Shown here: piece after piece, positions 42,005 to 55,790 of the stretch
How the letters are laid out: every line of letters starts with the position of its first letter
How positions within the stretch are numbered: the stretch's first letter is position 1
Assembly (NCBI RefSeq): GCF_009914755.1
Contig: NC_060938.1
Direction: 5' to 3' (one strand)
Length of the DNA stretch: 64,000 bases
Source of the DNA: the human T2T-CHM13v2.0 reference genome, Homo sapiens
The notes under the pieces: generated by a model
Told to the model about the DNA's origin: nothing
The model's database searches: none
The model's input: only the letters and a program-made list of their open reading frames with translations
Made by a program: the position numbers and the translations under genes

Positions 42005-44099
42005 CATTTTATCTTTATAAATGACTGGGACAAAGTCAAAACTGATTAAAACATTTGGTTATTCTGGAGTTTCCTAATACAAAGATCTGGCAAGATCTGA
42101 GTAAATAGGACTGTTTAACTGTACTCAAAGACATATTTCAAAAAAGTATTTGAAAGTTTATTGATGAAAAATTTCAATGCAGAACCTCTTGTCATTTATC
42201 CTTGTTTTTCATTGTATTAAAAAGTTGTATAATAAAGAAAATAATTGAGTAAATTTAATCATTTAGCTGAGTTAAAACTGAATTCTAGATATTATATAAT
42301 TATTAAGCATCCTGTTGGTCCGCATGAACATGTGGGCTACTGAAAAATTATATGGTGCTCCTCGGTTTTGAATCTCTCTCTGCCAACTGAAATATATATA
42401 GATGCTAGATAAATTCAAACAATTAATGTTTTAATGCCTTGCTAATTTATGAGTCATTAAAAGAATTCCTATTGAATTAATCACTCACAACTGATTGACA
42501 AAGGGGAAAGAATGCTCATGTTTATTGTGTTTGATCTTAGATCATCAATAGTTAAGTAGCTCATTCATGCATTCAGGAAATATTCATATGCATGTAACCA
42601 TGAATATAATTACCTTGGCTCAGAATATCACCCATGCTCAGAATTTTCAATTTGACCTTATCTTTGAGTCTGTAGGCCTGGCCTTAAAATTCAACTAGTA
42701 ATGTACAAGTGTATCCAGTTTGAGCTGGAGACTGGTTGCATTCAAGTCTATTATCTTCCCTAATTTTGCACTTAGGAGCTTTTGAAAGGATAAAATTTTG
42801 TCCTATTTCTCAGTAAAAATGACATAATTTTCCACTTACCAATCATTTTTCTTCAATTAGCTAATATTACAATTGTCCCAGGACATTCATTAGAGCCACC
42901 AAATTGTTTTGAAAAGAAAGATAACATTTCATGCAAAATTTTGTTTAAAGAATAAAATGTTGATAATAATCTTTCTAAGCCTGCTGCCTCTTCCATGATA
43001 CAACTCTGTTATATTACTTCACTCCACAATTTTTAGATGTAAAATGAAGCTTAAGGCATGAATACTCAGAGACTAGAAATATGTTAATGACATCAAAATA
43101 CTACCATGGTCACCAAAAGGAGGGAGACATGAAGGAAGGAGAACTGGGAGATAGCAGGGAAGAGCAAAACGAGAAGCCATGGTAATATTTAAAAATCTCT
43201 CATTCTTTCTTCTACTTTAATGAGTTTTGTGACTGAGGAAGCCTGTGATGAATTTATTATCCACTAAAATTTAAACTTTTATTTTCTAATTTTGTTGTAC
43301 ATTTTATTTTTCTTTAAAGTGCTTTAATATTAGACATTCCAAGGCTTAGATCTTCCATTTATCTGTTCTAGATCCTCTTTAACAGTAATACTTAAAACAA
43401 ATTGCACATAGTAAATTATATTTATTCAGGCATTAGTAAAGCAGATTGAACATTCAAATAATCAGAGCACATATTACTTACAGAAAAATAAAACTATCCT
43501 TTAGTTTAGGTGTTGAGCCTCTTCTAAAAATTAACATGAAAATAATAATTTTTTTATGCTTACAAGACCAAATCTACTATCAACTCTTTTCATAATCCTC
43601 TGACTACATTTCTCTATTATCTGAGATTGTTCATCAGATTTATTTATCAAGAACACCAACCATATGCTTTCTTACTCTACTCAGAGACAGTCTTCCCCTT
43701 AATGGCACATCTCCCCATAGTGTTTCGATAAGAAATTAACATGTTTCTTTCTCCTGTCATTCCCGCCATAATAAATCCAGTGCTATGCACTCCTTCCACA
43801 CACCTTCTTTCCTAGAGCTATTTCTACCCTCGCATTGATGATTAGTTTCAAAGGTATTGATTTTCAAGGAATTTATGATAAAACTATATAATATTTTGCA
43901 GTTAAGGAAAAAAGTAATACAGCAGCCTATAAAATGTAGTTTATAATATCTGTTTCACAGAATTTTAGGAATTATTTTCTCTATTTTCACACATTTGGAT
44001 ACATTTCTGTGGAGAATATATGGATTGTGAAAATGTCTAAGTATTTCCATAAATACGAATCAGGAAAAATGTTTTCAGTTCATTTGGCCACTTGACCAC

Positions 44100-44493
44100 T
44101 GCTATGGTATGAATATCTATGTGTCCTCTCCAAAATTCATATTGAAATTAAATTTCCAGTATAACAGTATAAAGAGGGGAGGCCTTTTAGGAAGTGATAA
44201 GGCCATGAGGACTTCATCCGCATTACGAGATCGGTGTCTTATAAAGGGCTTGATGGGGTGAGTTTCCCCTTGTATGTATTCTTCCACGTGAGGACACAGC
44301 ATTTGTCACCTTTAGAGGACACAGCAATATGGTGTCATCTTGGAAGCAGAGACTGAGTCATCATCAGCCTCTCAACATGCAGGTCCCTTGATCTTGGAAT
44401 TCCAGCCTCCAGAACTGTAAGCAATGAATTTCTGTTGTATATAAATTACCAAGTCTATAGTATTTTGCATAGCGACATGAAGGGTATAATACA
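44100..44493 (+). mobile_element. MST/MLT1A-group MaLR LTR (MSTC/D-like)
   Basis: tgctatggtatgaat...ccaaaattcatattgaaa...gtgaggacacagc...cttggaattccagcctccagaactgtaag...ataca. Confidence 0.8.
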
Positions 44494-45379
44494 ATCATAT
44501 TTTATGTCATTTATGTTATGGATTTATATATGTATATGTATTTATTTATATACTTACTTATTTACCAAAAGAACAACAAGGATTCAATAACTTCCATTTC
44601 TAGGCACTTTCTTGAGCCAAAAACTGATATATTTTTTATGATTTTGTTTTGTTTTACAAAATTGTTTTCTTGTTTTTAGTTTTTTATTTACTATTTCCTG
44701 TTGAAGAAAAAATGTTTATTTACAGAACTATGAATTACCATTATATTCCTAGATATTTAAAAGATATAATAGATAACATAATGGAACATCTTCAAAGTTT
44801 TTTTATTTGTATTTCTTAACATTGACAATCAAAATCTAATTCAAATTCTTCTCAGCTTTAATATCTGTTATGGTAGATTGGTCTGCTTCTTTTTCTCTTT
44901 CTTTCTATACTAGGTATTGCTCTGATATGGGCTTCCATTTGGCAGAAGCTAGAAACAAAGTGAGGGGAAGCTATTAAAATAAAATCTAGATCTGAAATAA
45001 AATGTCTCTGATGGTGAGAGGGGCACAGTGAAGATCAGAAAGCAGCAGGAATAAGATGCTTAGTTCATGACATCCAAAATAGATAGGACTTTTCAGAGTA
45101 CATATTTCTAGTTAAAAATAAAAGACCCCGTAAGGCCTAATTCTTTGCTGTCTTGCAAACCTTCACAGCTTTCTACCTAATGAAAATTATGAACTTCATC
45201 CCCTTCACTTTTAATTGTTGACTATGTTATTGTTAACTTTCCCTGCCAGCCAGCATTACCATAAAAGGAATTGGTGCAAGTGGATTAGCAATGAGATTTC
45301 TAAGTATTCATTCTTCATTCATTCATACATTTATTCTTTCAGAGTTCTGTAGAGAGATCTATTTGAATGGTGAGTTTAA

Positions 45380-48300
45380 TTCCAGAAGCTGTGAATACAT
45401 ATAAAACTCAAAGCAAGTAGAAAGAAGAAAACAGTAAAAATCACAGCAGAAATAAATAAAATGAATACAAAAAATAAATAAAATTTATAAACCCTAAAAG
45501 TTAGTTTTTTGAAAGTATCAATAAAATTGGTGAACTTTCAGCCTGAATAACCAAGAATAACAGGAGATATTACAAATTATTAATTTCTGTATGCTTTCAT
45601 AATGTAAGAAAAGACTAAAAAAACTAGAAATAGTAATATAATCAATATGATAAAGGATATTTAAGAAAACCCACAGTTTCTATTGTATTCAATGATGAAA
45701 GATTGACAGCATTCTCCCTAAGCTCAGGAATAAGACAAAGATGTTAATTCTTAGAACTTCTATTCAAAATTGCACTGAGGGCTTTAGCTAAGAGATTTAG
45801 GCAAGAAAAAGAAAGAAAAGCCAGACATGGTTGAAAATAACAAGTAAAACTATTTCTCTTCTCAGATAACATGATCACATATAGAAAATCTTAAGGCATC
45901 AACAAAAAATTATTATAGCTACTAAATCGTTTTAGTAAATTTACATGATATGAAGTTAACAGGTTAACTTTAATAAATGTAATTAGTAAAATCTATTGTC
46001 TTTGTACTAAAAACAATAATACACACAAATTATTAAAAATCACTTAACATTAAAGATAATAAAATGCTTATGAATAAATTCAACAAAAAAATTGCAGGAT
46101 TCCTATACTAAACACTACAAGTCATATTGAAAGAAATTAAAGAAAACTTAGTTAAAAGGATAGGCATCCTCACAAAGAGAAAACAATATTGTTAAGATGG
46201 CAGTACTCTTAAAAATTGATTACAGATCCAAAAATAATCCTTCTCAAATTTTGCAGTGTCTTTTTTTGCAGAAATAGACAAGTTAATTCTAAAATTCACA
46301 TAGTATTGCAAAAGACCCAGAATAGCCGATTTTTTTTAAAAAAAGAACAAAATCAAAGTTGAAGGACTCATATTTCCCAAATCGAAAACTCACTATAAAG
46401 CTACAACTGTCAGGTCAGTGTGGTATTAGTATAAAAATAGACATATAAAGCAATGGAAAAGAATCGAGAGTACAGAAATAAATGCACACATTTTTTGTCA
46501 ATGGACCTTAGACAACAGTGTCTCATGGTCTTCTTTTCTTAACTTTCATTTTATTTTCGGGGCTACATTTTTCTGGCTTTCTTATATAGGTAAATTGCAT
46601 GTAACGGGAGTTTGGTGTACTGATTATTACCCAGGTAGTAACATAGTACATATTAGATAACTTACTGATCCTTATGCTCCTCCCACCTTCATCTCTCAAG
46701 TAGATCCCAGTGTCGATTTTTCCCTTCTCTGTGTTCATGTGTAGTCAATGTTTAGCTCCCACTTCTCAGTGAGAACATGCAGTATTTGGTTTGCTGTTCC
46801 TGTATTATTTCTCTTAGTATATTGGCCATTAGCTCCACCCATGTTCCTGCACAGGATGTGATCTTATTTGATTTTATGACTGTGTAGTATTCCATGCTAT
46901 ATATGTGCAACATTTTCTTTGTCCAGTGTAGTGTTGATGGGCACCTAGAATGATTCCATGTCTTTGCTGTCGTGAGTAGTGCTGTGATGAATATACATAC
47001 GTATGTGTCTTTTTGGTAAAACAATTTATTTTCTTTTGAGTATACACCCAATAATGGGATTGCTGGGTTAAAGGTAATTCTATTTTAAGTTATTCGAGAA
47101 CTGTCCAACCTGCTTTCCACAGCATCTGAACTAATTTACATTCCTATTTGCAGCATATAAGCATTCCCTTTTCTCTGCAACCTCACCAGCATCTGTTATA
47201 TTTTGACTTTTTAATTATAGCCATTCTGACTGGTATGAAATGGTATCTCATTGTTGTTTTGATTTGCAATTCTCTAAAGATTAGTGATGGTGAGCATTTT
47301 TTTATATGCTTGTTGGCTGCGTGTATGTCTTCTTTTGAAAAGTGTCTCTTCATGAACTTTGCCCACTTTTTAATTGGGTTGTTTGGTTTTTGTTTGTAAA
47401 TTTGTTTAAATTTTTAATTTATAAGTATAATTAATTATAAATTAAATTTATAAATAAAAATTAAATATAAATTAAATTTATAAATATAAAGTTGCTTATA
47501 AGTTCTGGAGATTAGACCTTTGTTGGATGCATAGTTTGCAAATATTTTCTCCCAAAATACAAAATAGTTGAACTTTTTGAACTTTCTGTAGGTTGCCTGT
47601 TTTCTCTGTTGATAGTTTATTTTGCTGTGTAGAAGCTCTTTATTTTAATTAGTTCCCATTTGTCAACTTTTGTTTTGAGGCAGTTGCATTTGGTGTCGTC
47701 ATTATAAAATCTATACCAGGACCTGTGTCCAGAATAGTATTTTCTAGACTTTCTTTAAAGGTTTTTATAGTATAAGGTTTTATATATTAAGGTCTTACTT
47801 CTTCTTGAGTTGATTTTTTTATATGGTGTGAGGAAGTCATCCAGTTTCTATCTTCTACATCCAGCACTGTTTGTTGAATAGAGAATTCTTTCCCTATTAC
47901 TTGTTTATGTCAACTTTGACAAAGACTAGATGGTTACAAGTGTGTAGCTTTATTTGTGGGCTTTTTATTCTGTTTCATTGAATTATATATTGCTGTTGGT
48001 TTTGTTTTTTTTTTTTTTCCCTGTACCATGCTTGTTTTGATTACCGTAGCTTTGAGTATAGGTTGAAGTTAGATGATGTGACGTCTTCACCTTTGTTCTT
48101 TTTGTTTGGGATTGCTTTGGCTATTTAGACTCTTTATTGGTTTCATTTTTTTTTTTCATTTTTTTCATTTTTTTTCTCATTTTGTGAAGAATACTGTTGG
48201 TTGTTTGATAAGAATAACAATAAATCTATAAATTGTTTTGGGAAATATAGTCACTTTAACAAATTCTTTTGGGAAATATGGTTCTATCCATGAGCATGGA

Positions 48301-51105
48301 ATGTTTTTCCATTTGTTTGTGTCATCTCTGATTTCTTGCAGCAGTCTTTTGTAATTGTCATTGTAGAGGCCTTTCGCCTCCTTGGTTAACCATATTCTTA
48401 GGTGTTTTATTCTTTTTGTGGCTACTGTGAATAGGATTGCATTCTTGATTTAGTTCTAAGCTTGGATGTTGTTGTCGTATAGAAATGCTACTGACTTTTG
48501 TACATTGATTTTGTATCCTGAAACTGCTGAAGTTGTTTATCATATCTAGGAGCTTTGGGGCAGAGAGTATGGGGTTTTCTAGGCAAAAAAAAAAAAAAAA
48601 AATTATATGATCTGCAGCGATAGTTTGACTTCCTCTCTTAATATTTGAATGCCTTTTATTTCTCTCTCTTGCCTGGTTACTCTGTGAGGACCTCCAGTAC
48701 TATGTTGAATAGGAGTGGTGAGAGTGAGCATTCTTGTCTTTTTCTGATTTTCCAGGGAAATGGTTCCAGCTTTTGCCCATTCAGTATGATGTTGTCAGTA
48801 GGTTTGTCATAGATGGTTCTTATTACTTGTGGAATCTTTCTTCAATGCCTAGTGTGTTGAGAATTTTAAGATGAAAGATTTTTTTTTAATCGAAAGTCTT
48901 TCTTCATCTGTTAAGGTAATTATGTGGTTTTTGTTTTTAGTTCTGTTTATGTGATGAATAACATTTATTGATTTGCATATGCTGAACCAACATTGCATGC
49001 CAGGTATAAAGCCTACTTGATTGTGGTGGATTAAATTTTTTATGTGCTGCTGGGTCTGCTTTGCTAGTATTCTGTTGAGAACTTTCAAATCTATGTTAAT
49101 CAAAGATATTGGCCAAAGTTTTCTTTTTCTGCTGTGTTTCTGTCAGGTTTTAGTATCAGAATAGTGCTGGCTTCATAAAATAAGTTAGAGAAAAGTTCCT
49201 CCTCCTCAATTTTTTAGATAGCTTCAGTAGGGATGCACTATCTCTTCTTTACACATCTGGTAGAATTTGACTGTGAATCCATCTGGTCCTGGGCTTTTTC
49301 AGGTTGGTAGGATTTTTTATTATTATTAATTCAATTTGGGATCTCATTATTGTTCTAGTCAGGGTTTCAATTTCTTTCTGGCTCAATCTTGGAATGTTGT
49401 ACATTTCTAATAATTTATCAATTTCTTGTAGGTTTTCTAGTTTGGGTGCATGGAGGTGTTCATAATAGTCTCTGAAGGTTTGTTTTATTTCTGTGGGGTC
49501 AGTGGTGATGTCCCCCTTGTCATTTATGATTGTTTTTATTTGGATCTTCTCTATTTTTTTCATTAGTCTAGCTAGTGGTTTATAAAACCCGCATTTGGTT
49601 TTGTTGATCTTTTGCATGCTATTTTTCATCTCAAGTTCTCTCAGTTCAGCTCTGATTTTGATTATTTCTTGTCTTCTGCTAGCTTCAGGGTTGGTTTGCT
49701 CTTGTTTTTCTAGTTCCTCTAGGTGTAGTGTCAGGTTGTTAATTTGAGATTTTTCTAACTTTTTGATGTGGGCATGTAACACCATTAACTTTCTTTTTAG
49801 TCTAGTTTTAACTGTGTCCCAGATATTCTGTATGTTTCTATCTCTAAAGACGGTCTTATTAACAAATAATGCTCATGCAACTAGACATCCACATGAAAAA
49901 GAATAAGGTTGTACTCTTCCTTCATATGGTAGACAGAAATTAATCAAAATGAATTGTAGAACCTAACTGTATGAGCTAAAAGTATAAAAGTCTTAAAAGC
50001 AAACATAGCAGTAAACCTTCATGACCTTGATTTAGGTAATGGTTTAGTTCTTATGAATCCAAAATTATAGCAACAAAAGAAAAAAATTACAAATGTGGCC
50101 CTATCAAAATTAAAAACTTTTGGGTTTCAAAGCACACTGTCAGAAAAAAAAATTGAAAAGAACAAACAGGATGAGAGAAAATATTTGAAATCATGTATAT
50201 TATCATGGACTATTATCAAGAAAGTATAAATAATTTCTACTACACAACAATGACAAGACAAATACCCAATTTAAAAAATAGACAATAATTTGAATAGATA
50301 TTTCTTCAAAGAAGATAAACAAATGACAATAAGCACATGAAGAGATGCTTAAAATAATTAGTCATTAGGGAAATATAAACTAAAACTACAATAAGATCCC
50401 ACTTCATATCCACTGGAGTGGCTGTAATTAAAAAGTGGGACATTAACAAGTGCCACATGAATGTGGAGAGATGAGAACTCTCATATTGCTGATGGAAAGT
50501 AGTGCAATCTCTTTTGAAAATAGTTTGGCAGCTCCTCAACATACTGAACATACAGTTACTATATTACCAAGCAATTTTTCTCCTAAATAGCTACCCTAGA
50601 GAAATGAAAATGAATATTCAGACAAAAACTTGTGTACAAGTGTTCATAGCAGCATTATTCATAATAGCCAAAAAGTAAAAACAACCCAAATACCCATCTA
50701 ATGAATAGGTAAACAAAATGTGCTATTTCTATGCAATAGAATAATATTCAGTAATAGGAGTGAAGCGCTACAAGCTACCACATAGATCAACTGAAAACAT
50801 TAAACTAAAGAAAAAAGCTAATCACAAAAGACCACATAATACATGATTCTATTTATGTTAAAGATCCAAAATTGGCAAATACATAAAGTCAGAAAGTAGA
50901 TTAGTGGTTACTAGGGCTTGGAGGAAAGAGGAAATGGGGAGTGACTACTAGTGGAGATGAGACTTCTTTTGGGGGTGATGAAAATATTTTAAAATTTCAT
51001 AATGGTTATCACTGCAGAACACTGTTAATATACTAAAAGACACTAAAATGTAACTTTAAAAGAATGAATTTTATGATGTGTGTTATATCTCAATAAAGCT
51101 ATTCT
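45380..51105 (+). mobile_element. L1MB7/8-like element (45380-46525 and 49845-51105) split by an antisense L1PA
   Basis: ORF2 sequence resumes colinearly after the insert; 3'UTR gaaagtagattagtggttactaggg...gttatatctcaataaagct. Confidence 0.8.
46530..49845 (-). mobile_element. L1PA15/16-like, 5'-truncated (about 3.3 kb), ORF2 broken
   Basis: ORFs 49249..49785 ([24 protein letters not shown]) and 48849..49103 ([12 protein letters not shown]) are L1 ORF2p; the 3'UTR is of old L1PA type. Confidence 0.92.
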
Positions 51106-52852
51106 AAATAGGAAAATAACCCCCTGATAATCATGTAAAATTTAATTTGATAAGAGCAAGGGCTGTTGCCAGGCTGTTGTTCATTGCAGGTGGCTAGTGA
51201 AATAAATCAGGCCAATGAAGACTATGATTTAGACAAAATCAAATTCTTATTTCTCTGAGATTACTATAGCTTTCAGGAAATACAATATGGGCAAGAAATT
51301 CATTGCAATTGTCTGAAGTAATTTCAACATTGCCAAGGTCCTAAGCATTGACATCTACCTGGGCTAATTTTCTTTAGGGAAATGGAAACTTCTGTTGCCA
51401 CTGAGTAAGGGCTGATTTAAGATTAGTAAGCAAAAATTCTCAAAGTATAGATCATCCTTAAATAACACTCTAAGAAAGGATCAGGAGTACCACAGAAGCT
51501 CATGTATTTGTCATTGATTCTTTTATAATGTTAATGTCTATGTATTTTTAATATAAATTTATTCTCCCATTCCTGATTTGTGCATCATTCCAATTGACAA
51601 TTGTTTTCTTCAGTTTCATGATCATTAGATGTTCTTGCATCAGAAAACAATAGGATATCCTGAGATCATCAGTTCCCTAAACTATGAGAACCATTGTCCA
51701 ACCACCCCAATCTGATCACATCTTTGAAAAGAAAGGGGGAAAAAAGTTTGCAAAGCCCCTTATTCTACCCTCTGAGAACATCTCCTTCATCATACAGCTA
51801 ATCTAAAACCTCTCTGCTGTCTCCCACTATCATGTGTATCTCTTGTCAGCAAGATCTGCAAATTACCCTCTAACCATTCAGTTCACATCTTGTAATGTTT
51901 AATGTCATCTTTTTTGTCTTTTCTGTACATTAGCTCCTGCCAAATGCTTTCTTTGAAGGGAGAACAAAATAAATTCTGTCCACTATGAAAGGCCAGATAT
52001 AATTCCACCTTCAAAATGTTAAAAGTGATGAAATTGCATTTTACTCCTTTTGGGTTATACTTATTGGAAAGAAGCAGAAAGTTTTCTAATCCACATAAAC
52101 AATGCCATCAACCACACAGGGAAAGGAGCCTGAATAAATGCATTGGTTCTGGCATTCTTAGAGCAGAATTACACCTTCCCAAGTTCTAGCTAGGAGCAAA
52201 ATAAGAATTTGTGTGGGGTAGAATGTTTTTATTCTTGGCAGCCCTTAAATTTCTGTTAAAAAAAATAAAAATGGCTTTGAAGTCTTTTTGGATTCACTAT
52301 CACCCTCAGCAAACAATATTTTGATGAGTACAGAGTCAATGAATTATAAACAGATGGATTAAATTTCTAATAAAATACTCACAAGTTTTAAAACTTAGAC
52401 AGCAGTATGCTGTTTCCTGTTATTTTAAACCTTATGGTTTCAAACTAGCGAAAAAGTTGTTGCAAATTATGGGTCTATATTAAATTTCTCCCAGGTTTTC
52501 CTATTCTTTAGTAAGCATCTCAAAGTAGAGACCTGAAGTAACTGTTTCACATTGTACTTTTATTTCTTTTTCTTTCTATCAAAAATCTGCCAGAAGTCTC
52601 CATGAGACAGGAACAGTTTTGTAAATCTGAATATAGATGTTCAAAGAGAACACCTCTAAGAAGACATCATTATTTTTCAAAGCAGTCACACCAACTATTT
52701 TCATGTTAGGGGGAAAAACGAAAGAAAAAATCCTGAAATTATAATACTATTCTTAGAATTCAATAGGGTCACTAGGTCCCATGCTGTGCTCCAGCTATTA
52801 ACTTTCTGACTAAGCATTTCAAACTCAAGAAGCATTATGACATCCTCTTAGG

Positions 52853-52893
<41 letters not shown>
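52853..52893. repeat. (CTAT)10 / GATA tetranucleotide STR
   Basis: Perfect repeat, read directly. Confidence 0.95.
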
Positions 52894-54031
52894 GCTCACT
52901 CATGTGGCAATCTTTTCTCAGGTGATAAGAATGGAGTTAACATATTCTGCTTGCTTTATCTCTGGGTGGGAGAGAGAGATCGAAGTAGATAGAGAGAGAA
53001 GGGTGTATCATAGGGGTAAGAATGAATGAAAAAAGGAGATGTGAGGAGGGGAAGAGTGAGTCCATGTAATGAGAGAGGTAAGTCAGTCAGTCACTGGAGA
53101 AGTCAAAGTGAGAAAGAACAGCTGTATAACACAGACTTACACAAGCACTGCTATCTCATTAGGGTTTATTAGCTGCAAGGAAATAAGGCGTGAGAGAAAG
53201 ATTGGTTCTGTGGAAGAGAGGAAATCACTCATTTATTATTTGGAGGGATAGAGTTTCAGTGTTCTCAGCCTCCCCTTCCTTTTCCCCCTTCTCCCACCAC
53301 CCAAGCAACATTACCTATGCTTGATTTACATACTTCTCAAGACTCAGTGAGTATTTTTTGTATTATTTGTGGATACAGCCAACCTAAACCATACATCAGA
53401 AAAGCATGATAAATATTAATGGAGGAGAAAAAAGTATATATGGAAAATGCTGCTATAAAGATGTGACTTAAAATGTTTTCCTCCAGATTGAGAATAAATG
53501 GGTAATAAAGTGAGGACAACGTGATGTGAGAAAGCAAAACACAAGACAGTTAAGTCATGTTTGCGTGTGACTGGAGTCAAGAAACGTCAGCTGGCTGAAC
53601 TCAGGAAGAATTCAAAGGAGTTTTGTACTTTGGAATACCAGTATAATGGTAGCAAAATCGTTCTGCCAGCTTTGAGGACAAAGGCGGAGTTATTGGAGTT
53701 ACTATACGGTACATGTGTTGGGAAAGGAGATAAAGATATACCAAAGGCAAACTTTACTAATACTAAAATTTGTCTAGGACACAAAAAAAGAGAGGTGACA
53801 AATCCTTGAAGAAAAGTTTCACCTGTGCCAAGAGTGTACTTTAAGCTGCCTTTAACCAGCAAGCTCTTAATCACTAACAGTAATGAAATGCAAGCTATAG
53901 GAAAAATATATGCCGTATATATAACATTTGATTATTTTTTTCTGCTGGACAACCAGAGGACATTGGGGATGAAAACCCTTCATAGGTACTGTAAAATGTT
54001 CATTGCTTTTAAAACGCAGGTGACAGTCTCA

Positions 54032-55179
54032 TGAGGCTGAGACCAAGACAACTTTTGAACACACTAAGTGCAGGAGGACAGGTCCCTACCACCTTGGCTG
54101 ATCCAGCTTTTGCCTCGGTAGAAAAAGAATAACAATTTCTTCTTCAACAATTGGTTTTTAGTTGGAATGAATCCCTGTAATAAAAGACAAATTAGCAATA
54201 GAAAAACAGAAGTACGTTAACATGTATATTTCATGTATACATGGGAGACACCAGGAAATAAGTACTAATAGTTCTCAAAGAGGTGGCTTCGAATTCCAGT
54301 TTTTACAACATCTTCAACAAAGAACAGTAACATTTTAGAGAAGAGACAAAGAAAAAGGCCTTTGATTCTCTAGAACCATGATTTGGAGAAAGACAAATAA
54401 ATGACATAAAGGCTAGTTAGTAAAGTTTATTAATGTAAATTCTTCTGGTATCATCCGAAGATGATAAGGGTCTAAAGTTGTCTTCAGTGGTTAACTTTTG
54501 TTCTCCTAGTTAGAAGAAGGGCAGGGTATCTTTTGTCTTTTAAAATCTATTTCCTGCTCTTAGCAGATAGGGGAAGGATGAGGTTTTTCTGTATCTGCTA
54601 TTTCTTAAAATGCCTTCAGCTCAACAACTGTTCATATTTGGAGGTATATTCTAGTCTCCCATACACTCTTCCTTGCAATTTTCAGGCAGAATGCACTGAA
54701 AACGCAGCATTCTAAGACAAGGAAGAACTGTCTAGAACAGCCTTGGTTCTGTACTCATCCCTCCTTAAAAAAGGATGTACTGTAATACATCAGCCTAATG
54801 GCCCAAGTATCACCTAAGATATAAAACCCAGAGTAGAATAATTTCAGTCAACTGTTGTAAGACATTGGGCACAGACGAGACTCTTTCCACTCTGGATTGC
54901 TTTCCTGAGCCTTGGGGTACCAGCTTGCCATGAATCCTAGTCTTGTGTTAGTTCTTGCTGCCTATTTGTAACAAAGTTTCTTTGCCTAACTTTAGTGCAA
55001 GTCTTCTGTCTTACTGGATTCATATTCTGGCAGCTGGGTTTGTGCAAAACCTCCTGCCAGACTTAGACATTTAAGCAGAAATTGGCAAGGTGTTTAAAAC
55101 CCTCCCCTGGGATTGGTAACCAATGCAGGATGCCCCCCTCCTAGGAATTGATACTGGTGCACGGTATTTCTGCTTAACA
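54032..55179 (+). mobile_element. ERVL-type LTR (MER74/MER73-like) split by MER34
   Basis: tgaggctgag... start; gatataaaaccc TATA; ends ggtgcacggtatttctgcttaaca. Subfamily uncertain. Confidence 0.55.
54118..54665 (-). mobile_element. MER34-family ERV1 LTR
   Basis: Reverse complement starts tgtatgggagactagaatatacctccaaatatg...gagctgaaggca, resembling MER34. Confidence 0.75.
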
Positions 55180-55471
55180 ATAAGGGTGACCAAATTACAG
55201 TTTAAATATTTAACATAGCTATGTAAAGCTTGTAAATAGTAGCAATAGCTAAACTTTTGATGACAAAGTTATGCAAACACATCAGGCAATAGACAATTGC
55301 CTACTGGTTGACAACAGTGGTTAACAATAAGCGTGACCAAATTACAGTTTAAATATTTAACTTAGCTATGTAAAGCTTGTAAATAGTAGCAATAGCTAAA
55401 CTTTTGATGACAGAGTTATGCAAACACATCAGGCAATAGACAGTTGCCTACTGGGTGACAACAGTGGTTAA
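55174..55471. repeat. 147-bp tandem duplication (2 copies)
   Basis: 55174-55320 vs 55321-55467: 5 substitutions, TTAA at all three junctions. Confidence 0.97.
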
Positions 55472-55539
55472 TCTGCTGTACTTGATAAGGTTACTTACAA
55501 AACAAAACAAAACAAAAAAAAACGAGACTTTGGAGAGAC

Positions 55540-55790
55540 ACAACCTGACACAAGCCCCAGGTTCACTACTGACCAGTAGCGTGATTGTGCTCAAATTTAA
55601 TGTCTCTGATTGTTATGAACTAGAATTTGCATACAAAGAACCCAGATATGAAGATAATAGAAGCATGCTTATCTATCTCATAGAGCTACTGTGACGTTCT
55701 AATACTGTTCTAATAGCAAATGGGAAAATGACGTTCTAATAGCAAATGGGAAAAATTTTCTAGGTGTGAAGTGCTATGGAATTGTAAGCT
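55540..55790 (+). mobile_element. MIR SINE remnant
   Basis: ccaggttcactactgaccagtagcgtgattgtgctcaaatttaatgtctctg...atctcatagagctactgtga. Confidence 0.5.

Noticed and set aside
49249-49785. Longest ORF (178 aa)
   Set aside because: Fragment of L1 ORF2p in a truncated, frameshifted old L1PA.
55174-55471. piggyBac-type element suggested by TTAA boundaries
   Set aside because: No terminal inverted repeats or CCC...GGG ends; TTAA is better explained as junction microhomology.
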